This document shows positions 10,523-20,342 of a DNA stretch of 64,000 nucleotides, one piece after another. Made by a program: the position numbers and the translations under genes. Below the pieces are notes generated by a model. It had not been told where the DNA came from. It did no database searches and saw nothing but the letters and a program-made list of their open reading frames with translations. Source of the DNA: Bacteroidota bacterium (GTDB lineage Bacteria; Bacteroidota; Ignavibacteria; UBA10030; SZUA-254); the NCBI GenBank assembly GCA_044449065.1, contig JBIOHP010000003.1:2019-66018 (forward strand). Reading direction: 5' to 3'. The first letter of the stretch is position 1, and each line of letters opens with the position of its first letter.

Positions 10523-11590
10523 TCAGTATCGCGGGATGGAGGGATCGATCCGTCTTGACCATGCATCAATTCCCCCCACAAGTGTTTTCACATTTTTAAA
10601 TCCGGATTCATACAAAAATTCCACTGCGCGCGCGCTGCGGCTCCCCGTGTGGCAATAGACGATAATTTCCTGATCGGGGTTGAGTTCCGTAATGCGGGGC
10701 ACGAGCTGCGGCAGGGGCAGTAGGTATCCGCCGATATTCGAAAAAGCGTGTTCGCTGGTATTTCGCACATCGAGGATAAACGGGCTCTCGCCGCGATCAA
10801 GCCGCTGTTTCAACGTTTCCGGCGTAATCTCGAGGGAATGGAGATCGAACGTTTTTTCAATGGGCGGTTCGGCGAGGAAGCCAAGATTGAACGCCCTGAC
10901 CTTTTGGAATCGCGGCGGCTGAATGGGCAGATCGGCCTGGACGAATTTCACAAAATCTTGTTTCGTCCTGAATTGGAGCGCGAGATTGAATTTACGTTCA
11001 AACCCTATGGTGGAGCTCGGTTTCGGACTCAGCGATTTTCCACACACGGAACCGGCGTAGTGAGTGGGAAAGACCTCCACATCATCCGGTAGTTTCATCA
11101 ATTTCATATGGAGACTATCGTACAACGCCTCCGGGTCGCCGTCTAGATCGGGTCTCCCGACGTCGCCTACGAACAAGGTATCGCCGGTAAGCACAAACCA
11201 GGGATCGTCGCTGCGCGTTGTGTCGCTGACAATGATGCTCACGCTGTCGCTTGTATGTCCGGGAGTATGGAGAATTTTCAACCGGATGTTGCCGACCATG
11301 ATTTGATCTCCATCTCTAAGATGATTGAAGGGAAAATTTGCAACCGCAGAATCATGGTAATGGATGGGCGCTCCGGTGGCGGCGCATAATCCGGGCGCGC
11401 CGGAAAGGTGATCTGCCTGGGCGTGAGTCTCAAAAATATGCGTCAGCGTGAGCCGGTGGTCGGCGAGATACCGCTGGTATGGTTCAATATCATGCTGTGG
11501 ATCGATGATTGCCGCTGCGCCGGTACGCGTGCATCCAAGGACGTATGAGAGACACGCTCCTTCTTCATGTTGAAATTGTTTGAATAACAT
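10523..11590 (-). CDS. MBL-fold persulfide dioxygenase-like protein fused to rhodanese
   Basis: ETHAQADH, HTPGHT, TGDTLFVGDVGRPDL; C-terminal rhodanese with active loop YCHTGSRS and GGIDAW. Confidence 0.85.
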   Translation of the reverse strand: MLFKQFQHEEGACLSYVLGCTRTGAAAIIDPQHDIEPYQRYLADHRLTLTHIFETHAQADHLSGAPGLCAATGAPIHYHDSAVANFPFNHLRDGDQIMVGNIRLKILHTPGHTSDSVSIIVSDTTRSDDPWFVLTGDTLFVGDVGRPDLDGDPEALYDSLHMKLMKLPDDVEVFPTHYAGSVCGKSLSPKPSSTIGFERKFNLALQFRTKQDFVKFVQADLPIQPPRFQKVRAFNLGFLAEPPIEKTFDLHSLEITPETLKQRLDRGESPFILDVRNTSEHAFSNIGGYLLPLPQLVPRITELNPDQEIIVYCHTGSRSARAVEFLYESGFKNVKTLVGGIDAWSRRIDPSIPRY

Positions 11591-11781
11591 ATTCTATCCT
11601 TCCTTCTTGTCAATAAGATATATTACTCCGATATGATCGTATGCTCCGGAGTACTATAAAGCCCATTTGAATTATTAACAAATCCTATCCATTACCCTAA
11701 TACTCGGTCCTTAAAAAACAAGGGGTTGCGAAACTCAACGGGTGAATGGTTGCTGCATCAGGTGATTGTTTATATAAACAC

Positions 11782-13512
11782 TCACTCACCAAGTATTTGT
11801 TCCAATACCTTTCCCCTGCAGTGATCGGGCGCTCCTGCTTTCAGAATGCGGGCGAGGGTCGGTTCAATATCCAGGGGTGAACATTCGCCGCCAAATGTTG
11901 TATGCGGAAAGCTCTGTCCATAAAATATCAACGGCACAGCCCTGTCGTACCAGTATGGGGTTCCATGCGTAGTGCCGGTCGACCCGCCTCCAAAAAACGA
12001 ATAGGGGGTAACCACCACAGCCACATAACCGCTTCGGGCGGAATTAAAACTTTTACCGATTCTTGATAAGATCGAATCGTCGCCGCTCCCTTTCGCAAGG
12101 GATTCCTCAATTTGTTCGCGTGTATAACATTGCGCAATATGATCGTCTTTCATCATAATTTGAACGATGACGTTTTCAAATGAAGCCCTGGGAATATTCT
12201 TTTGATTCAGCTTTACCGTGTCAATATAAAAGTAATTATTGGAGAAAGCGGTAATAAAATTGTCAACGCCTTCGTTATAATCGAAGCGTTGACCGGCGAT
12301 CGTTTTCACCGTGGCAACGTAATCCCCGCTGCTGAGCCGCTGGGCATTTTTCGCATTGCGTTCTTCGGGCAGGGGGCAAACTCCATGATCGCTTGTAAGG
12401 ACGATGATCACATTTTCTAAACCGATCCGGTTATCGATAACATGAAAGAACCCCTCAAGCTGGCGGTCCAACCGGACATAGATATCTTCTATCTCATAAC
12501 TGTTTGGTCCAAACGTGTGTCCGCAGTAATCGGGCGAGGAAAAACTCACGGAAAGAATATCAGTTGCATCGCGTTGACCGAGCGAATCGCCCTCGATGGC
12601 GGCTTCGGCAAATTGGGTCGTGAGTTCATTTCCGTACGGCGTGTAGAGGATGGGATCATATTTTCCTGCCGGCGCGGAACCCTGATTGGGCAGTTCGGAT
12701 TCGTTATAAACCTTATGCGGAAAAACCGGTGATGACTCGCCCAGGAGATTACCCTCGCCGGGCGCGTTATCGATTCCCGAACGAAGATAGGATGAATCGG
12801 CGAGGAGTTTACCCCACTCTTTTCCAAGATAACTATCCGGGAGGCGTTTGTTGTTGAAGGCGTTAACCCAATCGGGAAGTGCGTTTTTATAATATGTGCT
12901 CGTTACCCAAAATCCTGTCGCCGCATCGAACCAGTACGCGCCATCCGGATGGATGCCCGATGGAAGAATCGCTGCGCGGTCTTTAATTGCGATCCCAATC
13001 ATTTTTGAAGATGGCGAGACGCGCTTCAATTCGTCCCCTAACGTTGTTCCGTTGAAATTGCGGGGGGACATTTTTCCTTCAGGACGATTTGGATCAATGC
13101 CGACTCCCCGAACAGTAGAATCTTCGACCGCATAATAGGATCGACGGAGCGAGTTATCGTACCACTCATTGCCGATAATACCGTTTGCTCCCGGTGTAAT
13201 GCCGGAAAGTATGGCTGAGTGACCGCAGGCGGTCAGAGTGCTGCTGTAGGGATATTGGCTGTTCGTACATACAGCGCCGTTATTCATGAGCAGGTTGAAT
13301 CCGCCGGCAGAAAAAAGATCACGGAAGCGCCACAGATAATCGGCTCTCATCTGATCGATAATGATCGCTAAAACTAATTTTGGTTTTTTTGGAGCAGCGG
13401 AAGCGGTCGGGTGACCGAAAGCAAAAAGAAAAGCTGCGAGAAGAAAGCGGGAAAAATTCTTTGAAAGAAAAGCTTGAAAATCGAGTTGGGGCTCTATCAT
13501 CCTCCTTATCAC
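11782..13512 (-). CDS. PafA-type alkaline phosphatase family protein
   Basis: IIDQMRADYL, Thr nucleophile T-ACGH, KDRAAIL, DYCGH, TSDHG, THG. Exact start is uncertain (13512 or 13500). Confidence 0.9.
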   Translation of the reverse strand: MIRRMIEPQLDFQAFLSKNFSRFLLAAFLFAFGHPTASAAPKKPKLVLAIIIDQMRADYLWRFRDLFSAGGFNLLMNNGAVCTNSQYPYSSTLTACGHSAILSGITPGANGIIGNEWYDNSLRRSYYAVEDSTVRGVGIDPNRPEGKMSPRNFNGTTLGDELKRVSPSSKMIGIAIKDRAAILPSGIHPDGAYWFDAATGFWVTSTYYKNALPDWVNAFNNKRLPDSYLGKEWGKLLADSSYLRSGIDNAPGEGNLLGESSPVFPHKVYNESELPNQGSAPAGKYDPILYTPYGNELTTQFAEAAIEGDSLGQRDATDILSVSFSSPDYCGHTFGPNSYEIEDIYVRLDRQLEGFFHVIDNRIGLENVIIVLTSDHGVCPLPEERNAKNAQRLSSGDYVATVKTIAGQRFDYNEGVDNFITAFSNNYFYIDTVKLNQKNIPRASFENVIVQIMMKDDHIAQCYTREQIEESLAKGSGDDSILSRIGKSFNSARSGYVAVVVTPYSFFGGGSTGTTHGTPYWYDRAVPLIFYGQSFPHTTFGGECSPLDIEPTLARILKAGAPDHCRGKVLEQILGE

Positions 13513-13886
13513 ATTTCTCTGAGTTCGATTTTCCTGATCGCAGCGCTGATGCGATTAATCATGAGCTCAACATCCCAGGATTTCTCGATATATTCGATAG
13601 CGCCAAGCTGGCGGGCGGCTTGCTCCGATCCCTCGGAACCATAACCGGTGATGAGCATAACGCGCGCATTCGGATCGAACGCCCGTATCTCTTTCAGAAC
13701 TTCGATCCCGCTCATGCTGGGGAGCCCAAGGTCGAGAAAAACAATTTCAGGTTTGTGGTGTTTGTACAGTAAAATTCCTTGTGGACCGTCTGCTGTTGAA
13801 ATAACACTAAATCCTTCTTTTGATAGAAGAATCTTCAGCAGCTCCAGATCCATCTCATCGTCGTCAATAATGACTGCTTTTTTCGT
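13509..13886 (-). CDS. Single-domain response regulator, apparently with a non-ATG start
   Basis: Receiver motifs VFLDLGLP and EYIEK. The conserved beta-1 KKAVIIDDD lies upstream of the first ATG (13853), and the frame is closed by TAA just before GGA GTC ATT ACG. Confidence 0.8.
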   Translation of the reverse strand, partial: TKKAVIIDDDEMDLELLKILLSKEGFSVISTADGPQGILLYKHHKPEIVFLDLGLPSMSGIEVLKEIRAFDPNARVMLITGYGSEGSEQAARQLGAIEYIEKSWDVELMINRISAAIRKIELREM

Positions 13887-13925
13887 AATGACTCCTTACT
13901 ATTTACTCGTGATAGATATCAACAC

Positions 13926-15155
13926 TTATTTGCCGAATTCCTTTTCCAGTTTGTTATCATGGAGTTCGCGTTTCGTCCTCACCCATTTATTTGGACCGCC
14001 GTGGATGATCAATTTACCATAGAGACCGATTTTCCATACTGCATATCGCGGCACATACAAGATTGATTTATAAAGAAACTTATCGGCTTTCGCGGCAAGA
14101 AGACCGAAGAGCGCGTGAATGCATGCCGCTCCAAAGATTCCCGTCCAGATCCACAGGTATATTCCGAAACTGCCGAGTCCGCTGACTGCCAGAATCACAT
14201 GTAGTAAGATAATAAAGACGATGATAACACTCAAATTTACAAACGGCGGTATTATCAAATCTAAAAATGCGTCGAATAAAGGATAGGACATTTTTTTGAA
14301 TGACGAGGAAAGCAGTTTTGGAGCGTAAAATTTCACCAGGGGTTTTCTTCCCGATTCCCAGCGTGTTCGTTGGGTTTCGCTATCTTTTGGTTTATCGGGC
14401 ATAGATGATACCACCCTTGCTTCGGGGGCAAAATCAACAGAGACGCCTTTTAATAGAAGATTCAATCCATATTCGAGATCTTCGGCGTATGAGAATGCCT
14501 GCCACGGGATATCGCGCAGCACGCCAGTGGAGAGGCACATGCCGGTACCGCGTAATCCTACGGAACATCCGATTTTTCTTTTTCCGAATGGACGAACAAC
14601 ATTATAGAGCGTAAAGCCGAGGCGGACAATTTCTGAATTCCATGCGCCGGGATTTGGCTTCACGAGATCGGCAATTTGAACGGCCCGCGCACCCCGATCG
14701 AGGTGAGAATCAAGAACGGCGAGGGTATTCCGGCTTACCTCACAATCTGCATCAATAACAACAACTGCGTCATAATGCTTGGACGAATTTAACAAGGAAT
14801 CGAAGCACCAACGGAGCGCGAAACCCTTGCCGGTGTTCGTGAGATTATTTCTGACAAACACTGTCGCCCCCAAAGAACGGGAGATTTCTGCAGTCTGATC
14901 TGTGCAGTTATCGGCAATAATGATGATTTCGAATTGGTCCCTCGGATAGTCGAGGGAAAACAAACTTTCCAATGTTTTACCGATGACTAATTCCTCATCG
15001 TGGGCGGGAACGACAACGGCGAATGATCGTTTCGGCGGAGATAACTTTTTGCCTGGTTTATAAGGGAGCAATGCCAGAATACTCAACAACGCGAGGTAGA
15101 TCGGAAAGACGCCGAATATTGCTAAAAGAAATAATTCTAAAATGAGGAGGATCAT
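13926..15155 (-). CDS. GT2 family glycosyltransferase with TM helices
   Basis: VPAHDEE, ADNCTD, GKG, DAD, ED, QRTRW (QxxRW). Confidence 0.9.
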   Translation of the reverse strand: MILLILELFLLAIFGVFPIYLALLSILALLPYKPGKKLSPPKRSFAVVVPAHDEELVIGKTLESLFSLDYPRDQFEIIIIADNCTDQTAEISRSLGATVFVRNNLTNTGKGFALRWCFDSLLNSSKHYDAVVVIDADCEVSRNTLAVLDSHLDRGARAVQIADLVKPNPGAWNSEIVRLGFTLYNVVRPFGKRKIGCSVGLRGTGMCLSTGVLRDIPWQAFSYAEDLEYGLNLLLKGVSVDFAPEARVVSSMPDKPKDSETQRTRWESGRKPLVKFYAPKLLSSSFKKMSYPLFDAFLDLIIPPFVNLSVIIVFIILLHVILAVSGLGSFGIYLWIWTGIFGAACIHALFGLLAAKADKFLYKSILYVPRYAVWKIGLYGKLIIHGGPNKWVRTKRELHDNKLEKEFGK

Positions 15156-16936
15156 TATTTGTCGTTCATCCCGGAATCCGTGGCTGAATTTCCCGCGAGG
15201 TTCGCAAGATATCCGGCGAGGTAGACAAATGGCGCCGTATAATTGATAGCAACTTCATTGACGTAATAATTTTTTTCATTATCCTCGTAGCATTTTCCCG
15301 GGAATTCCGAGATGACGATGCCATTCAGTTGGCTGTTTTTGTTTGGTCCTCCCACCAGCAAACCCGGAACAGGCGACCCCGCATTGAGCATCATGGAAAA
15401 CTGATGATATGGATGTTGGACGGGATTGGCGCCCACCCCCGTTTCAAAGGACAACGAAAAAGTATTTCTTCCGAGTAAGTAATGAAGCTGGTCGATTGCG
15501 CCGTTGAGATAGGTTACAGATTTTGTCGTTTGATATGCTCCAAGAAGATCGAATGTATAAGCGGCGTCTACACTATTTGATCCCCAGTAGAATTCACCCG
15601 ACTTGAGAACGCACCGATATCCGCCCAATTCAATTTTCTTCAGGAGCAGATCGCAATATCCTGTCAGCCGTGCGACCAATAACGATCGGGCTGTGAAATC
15701 CGTTTGTTCTGCCGGGATCTTGAGATAAGAATTCACGGCAAAATTCTGAACCATTTCCCAGCTTACAGGATTCAGTGTGCCGAGTTCCTTGTACATTTGC
15801 ACGAAATAATGATGATACTCCTGATTATCGGTAGTTCGGTATAATTCAACCGCAGCCCAGAGTCGTTCATCTGTATCCTCGATATCCCCATATTCACCGC
15901 CGCTGACGTCGGGAGGGTTGTGAAATCCGCCCTCGGGGACGATCGTGCGATGGTTTTGTAAATATTGCCATGCATTGATTGACGCTCGTAATAAAATTTG
16001 TGAGAACGGTTTATCCCATTTCCCGAAGATGCGCGCGCCGAGCGCCGTGACTGCCGCAAAAGAGCCCGTAGCTGTGCTGCTCACTGCATAAACATACCGT
16101 TTATCGGGGTCATCCTGTGGAAGGTATTCGCCGGTCCATTGTTTCGTTGATACTTTGTGATAAACCGCGCCCTCGTTATTCTGCATTTTCAGAAGCCAGC
16201 TAAGCTCCCACCGCACCTCATCGAGTATGTCGGGTATTTTATTTGCAGTTTCTGGTATATTCAATTGATGGTCTAAGAATTCATCCGATCGATCTTCATA
16301 CAGATAGAGCAGGAATGCAGCGCTGATTGTACCGGTGGCGGTAAATTTTCCATAATCGCCCGCATCATGCCATCCGCCGGTAAGATCGATTTTATTCGAT
16401 GGGTCGACATAAAAATATGCATCATCAAGATGGCAGGCAGGATGCTGCCATACTGTTCCGTTTTTGACTTCCGTACCGCATCGCTGATAGTAGAAACTTT
16501 CAAGCCCACGGGTAACCGCTTCATTATATACTTCATTTGAAATTCTGAATACGGCTGATTGCACCTGCAATCCGGGTATTGCGATATAATAGGAACCCGG
16601 CGCCGTTAAATCAGAAAAATCGAGATTGAAGACGTCGTCTCCCGTGCCGTCATCTGGTGAGCCGATGGCTGAGATATGATGCTCAAAAGAGACTTTTTTG
16701 GTCAATATATTTATAACCTGGAAATTGCCATTATATGCCTGCCGGATAAAGGCGATCTTAGGATCGTTGGGGCGGTACCCGAGTTGATCGATAATGATTC
16801 CGGTTTGGGATAATAAAAGTTCAGCGTGAAAAAAAAGAATCACGCCAAATACTAAAATGCACGAATGTCTCGACCCGACTTTAGCAAAGTGAAAGATCCT
16901 CCTTCCTCTCGGTAAAAACCTAACGGAATAATTCAT
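15155..16936 (-). CDS. GH9 glycoside hydrolase with N-terminal Ig-like domain, no T9SS CTD
   Basis: DQLGYRP, FYYQRCG, GGWHDAGDYGK, YLLGRN, HPYH, NEVAINY. Confidence 0.92.
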   Translation of the reverse strand: MNYSVRFLPRGRRIFHFAKVGSRHSCILVFGVILFFHAELLLSQTGIIIDQLGYRPNDPKIAFIRQAYNGNFQVINILTKKVSFEHHISAIGSPDDGTGDDVFNLDFSDLTAPGSYYIAIPGLQVQSAVFRISNEVYNEAVTRGLESFYYQRCGTEVKNGTVWQHPACHLDDAYFYVDPSNKIDLTGGWHDAGDYGKFTATGTISAAFLLYLYEDRSDEFLDHQLNIPETANKIPDILDEVRWELSWLLKMQNNEGAVYHKVSTKQWTGEYLPQDDPDKRYVYAVSSTATGSFAAVTALGARIFGKWDKPFSQILLRASINAWQYLQNHRTIVPEGGFHNPPDVSGGEYGDIEDTDERLWAAVELYRTTDNQEYHHYFVQMYKELGTLNPVSWEMVQNFAVNSYLKIPAEQTDFTARSLLVARLTGYCDLLLKKIELGGYRCVLKSGEFYWGSNSVDAAYTFDLLGAYQTTKSVTYLNGAIDQLHYLLGRNTFSLSFETGVGANPVQHPYHQFSMMLNAGSPVPGLLVGGPNKNSQLNGIVISEFPGKCYEDNEKNYYVNEVAINYTAPFVYLAGYLANLAGNSATDSGMNDK

Positions 16937-16938
16937 TG

Positions 16939-18240
16939 TTAATTCTTGATCGGAGAGAGCGCGGGTTTATCCGTTTTTGATTCGATAATATTGTTGTTAT
17001 ATGACGCTGTAATCGCTGGGGCGTTTGCAGGGTACGAATTCGGTTCGGCCGAAGAATTTTTATTCAATTTTTTGAGAACATGCATCTTGCACATTGAGAA
17101 AAACGGCGCTAAATCATCCTTTGCGAAATATCCCGCCTCCTGCACGCCTTTAAATGATGTGAGCCACTCCCAAAAATGTAATTTGCCATCGCGGAAATAC
17201 TTGTAGCAAGATCGTATATCCTTATCCTCGACGAACCATTTGCGACCTTTACGTTGAACAACCGGCAGAACTTTTTGACCGGTTAAATCAAGATAGAGAG
17301 CGCGGATAACATCCATTCCGTTCTCAGCGACAAAAAGTCTGAACGTCGCGCCAACCCGGGGATTAATATCCAGAACTTTGTATTGCCCATCGCGCGCATC
17401 GTAACGATAGCCAAGATCCAAAATTCCCCGATACCCGATCGCTTTCATAAATTTCTTTGTGGTTTCTTCAACCGTAGTATTTGGCAGACAAATACCAAGC
17501 GAGGTCATGCCGGTATAGACCGGGTTTTGGCGGATTTTTTTTCCGCTGAATGCAGCGAGGCATTCCGATTGTTCGTTGAAATATCCGTCAAACATCCACA
17601 CCGAATCTTCTCCGCCGGGAATATATTCTTGCAGCATGAGATTTGGATCCGATGGGTCTTCGAGAAGATCGTATTGTCCCAATAGTTCCTGCTCATTTTT
17701 CACTTTGACCATCTTTTTACCGGTACGTCCTTCGAGTTTGTTTCCATCTATCCCCTTCAGCATTACAGGAAACATTGCGTGCTGAGCATACGTGACAACT
17801 TCGTCGCGGTTTTGCGGGAAATCCGTTATCGCGACGGGGATTCCATATTTTGTCGCGAGGAAATGCATCTCCTTCTTATTGCATAAAGAACGCACAAGTT
17901 GCGCGTTATACTTCGGAACGATATACCATTGCTGCAACCGCTCGATGCTATCCGCTACAAACATTGCCAGGTCGTCGCTGGTCGGGATGAGGATCGACCG
18001 TTTCCCTATTTTTTGTCCGATATCCAGTAGGAACTTGATGCTCTCCTCCCGTGGAGCGCCGTCGATATCCCAGAGGAATTTACCGGCGCAGTACCTCGAT
18101 TGGAATCCCGGAGCGTTTGGATTAGGATCAACGCCATATACCGGAACACCTAATCTGCCGAGAGTACGTGTAATACCCAGACTGCCGTAATGTTCAAGTT
18201 TTAAGATGACTACCGGGGTGGTTTCTGTTGAATTATTCAT
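16939..18240 (-). CDS. ATP-grasp carboxylate-amine ligase (D-aspartate ligase-like)
   Basis: LGITRTLGRLG, SRY, LIPTSD, NK, FPVMLK, LQEYIPG, KIRQ, DARDGQYKVLDINPR. Confidence 0.85.
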   Translation of the reverse strand: MNNSTETTPVVILKLEHYGSLGITRTLGRLGVPVYGVDPNPNAPGFQSRYCAGKFLWDIDGAPREESIKFLLDIGQKIGKRSILIPTSDDLAMFVADSIERLQQWYIVPKYNAQLVRSLCNKKEMHFLATKYGIPVAITDFPQNRDEVVTYAQHAMFPVMLKGIDGNKLEGRTGKKMVKVKNEQELLGQYDLLEDPSDPNLMLQEYIPGGEDSVWMFDGYFNEQSECLAAFSGKKIRQNPVYTGMTSLGICLPNTTVEETTKKFMKAIGYRGILDLGYRYDARDGQYKVLDINPRVGATFRLFVAENGMDVIRALYLDLTGQKVLPVVQRKGRKWFVEDKDIRSCYKYFRDGKLHFWEWLTSFKGVQEAGYFAKDDLAPFFSMCKMHVLKKLNKNSSAEPNSYPANAPAITASYNNNIIESKTDKPALSPIKN

Positions 18241-18623
18241 GTTGTAATATTTTCTCCGTTATTGAACAGATAAGGGCATGTTAATCAATTGTTCTGGAGT
18301 TATCGTCCGGAAATGCATCTCGATTTCCGATTCAATCAATGATGAATGTTTTCATTTAAAATCATTCATCGAGCCAATTTTTTGCCCGTGTTATTATTTA
18401 AGTTCTATACTCTAAATCGATTAAATTCCGTTTATGGATTCTCTTATTTATCGGGTTGCGTTCCAGAGCGTACTCTAAATCTACCAAACCCGGTATTGAG
18501 TATATGTTATTGAAGGTAAATCACCATATTAAATCAACTATCCAAACCTCCCAACTCTTCTATGATAGAGATGGTCAGCTTTTGAAAGCCAGATAATGTA
18601 ACACCGGATGTTCCAATCCGCAA

Positions 18624-19415
18624 TCACGAACGCATCTGGTTGATAGTGTGTTTTGCGAATTCATCCTTTCCGGATGACGAATTATCCATAGATACTGGAA
18701 TCATGGTAACTTCTTTCGAAGTTACTTTGAATGCCGCATTCACATCGTTAACATGCGAGAGGATAAACTCGAGATCTTTTTCCTGACCTGATTTTCGCAA
18801 ATACTTGACGCTATTGCTGATCAGACAGGCGTCTGCAGTCGCGCCGCTCCAGCGTCTCACTATTTCGGATGTATGTTGATCTACGGGCACGAATCCTGAT
18901 TGAATAAGAAATTCCGCTATCCAGGCGCAGCACATCTGGTCCTCCTCGCGGAATTCTCCGCGTGTTCCTGCGCCTATGATTGCTATATTGGAATTTTGCA
19001 TCGATAAATATTTCGCCGTAGCTTTATAATTTCTGAAACAAGCAATATATGTGCCGTGCCTGCCCGATTGAGCGTTGTGGATTAATTGAGTTCCAGATGA
19101 CGAGAGCAAGATCAATGGACGGCCGTGATCAATTCCATTTGCCATTACCGCCGGGCTATTATTGAGATCGAAACCGTACGGGACGTTCCCACCCAGCTCG
19201 CCGGCAAGATAAGGATTATGCAGAATTGTTGAAAGTGACTGAGCGTCTTCCAACGTAGGTACGGGATAACAACGCTGACCCATAACAACAGATGTGATTG
19301 CGGTTGTCGTTGCGCGAATGACATCGATGGCGACGATTGCGTAATCTTCCCTGTAGCGTTCAACGCTTTCAGGAAAACAATCGATAACGACTTTTCTCTC
19401 AGATTGATTGTTCAT
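18624..19415 (-). CDS. comB: 2-phosphosulfolactate phosphatase
   Basis: AIDVIRATTT, GELGG..GFDLNNSP, LSSSGT, EDQMC; adjacent to comA. Confidence 0.9.
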   Translation of the reverse strand: MNNQSERKVVIDCFPESVERYREDYAIVAIDVIRATTTAITSVVMGQRCYPVPTLEDAQSLSTILHNPYLAGELGGNVPYGFDLNNSPAVMANGIDHGRPLILLSSSGTQLIHNAQSGRHGTYIACFRNYKATAKYLSMQNSNIAIIGAGTRGEFREEDQMCCAWIAEFLIQSGFVPVDQHTSEIVRRWSGATADACLISNSVKYLRKSGQEKDLEFILSHVNDVNAAFKVTSKEVTMIPVSMDNSSSGKDEFAKHTINQMRS

Positions 19416-19428
19416 ATAATGTTCCTTT

Positions 19429-20262
19429 CTACGAATGTACTTCCTGGCGGATTTGCGGGTGGAGCTTTTCTTTTGAAAATGCGTCAGAATGCAAGCCGCG
19501 TCTGTAAATTTCCACTCTTAGTAATTCTTCGAGACGGATATTGCATAAATGAACGTCGTGGCCGAAGTGATCGAGAAGCGCAAACTGACTTGGCTTATTG
19601 GGCGCTTCAAACATGACCGTATGCAGTCCGAATGCGTCGGCGAAACGATCCGCGTAATTAGGATTGAAACGACCCTTATCGTCGAACAGACCGACAGATT
19701 GCGCGCTTTCTCTCGCTTCAACAACAAGCTGTAATGCGCCCGCATCAAGCCATTCTTTTCCCTGTTCAATCAATTCTCCGACCGTCGCATCGGTGAACGC
19801 CCCGGTGTGTTTTTTGCCGAGTTCAAACTGAGCTTCGAGCCCGCGTTCCCGCGCCATATTGATGACTGCAGTGGGTTTCAGATCCATATCCGTAAATCCC
19901 ATTCCACATTCAATGCGCGTGAATCCGATATCGGCGCACAGATCGAGATAATCCGGAAGAGCATGTTGAGCGACTGCGATTTCGAATGGACCGCCGCCGA
20001 CAACCGTGGGTACTCCATGACGATTTGCAGCCGCAACTTTTTGGCGCGTCGCTTTTTCGCTTGCCACCATCCAGCATGCCATTGAAATTTTCAGTATTGA
20101 AATCAAATGCGAACTTTGATCGAGGTGACTTTCGAGAGTCGTGGGATCATAGCCCGGATCGAACGGACTGGTTAAGGGCGGCAACTGCGCCACTCCGATT
20201 TTTTTCAGATAATCCGATGTATGAAATCGGTTTTTTATTATGTATTCCTGTCGTGTTGTCAT
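19429..20262 (-). CDS. comA: Phosphosulfolactate synthase
   Basis: DPG, GGGPFE, ELGKK, VEARES, FEAP.K..Q, NI...VE..RRGL.SD. Divergent KISMACW where KFGWGT is usual. Confidence 0.85.
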   Translation of the reverse strand: MTTRQEYIIKNRFHTSDYLKKIGVAQLPPLTSPFDPGYDPTTLESHLDQSSHLISILKISMACWMVASEKATRQKVAAANRHGVPTVVGGGPFEIAVAQHALPDYLDLCADIGFTRIECGMGFTDMDLKPTAVINMARERGLEAQFELGKKHTGAFTDATVGELIEQGKEWLDAGALQLVVEARESAQSVGLFDDKGRFNPNYADRFADAFGLHTVMFEAPNKPSQFALLDHFGHDVHLCNIRLEELLRVEIYRRGLHSDAFSKEKLHPQIRQEVHS

Positions 20263-20342
20263 TTTGACAACTCCTTTCTAATTAATGTGGTGAAGGTAAA
20301 TTAAATTATAAAATAAAAAAGTTGATGAACGATGATCTTTCA

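Noticed and set aside
18371-18390. Second sigma-54 promoter (GGGCAAAAAATTGGC, minus strand)
   Set aside because: The GG-N10-GC spacing fits, but the flanks match the consensus poorly.
18624-20262. Coenzyme M biosynthesis
   Set aside because: Only comA and comB are present. There is no comC/comDE or CoM-using context in the window, and the neighbours are glycan genes.
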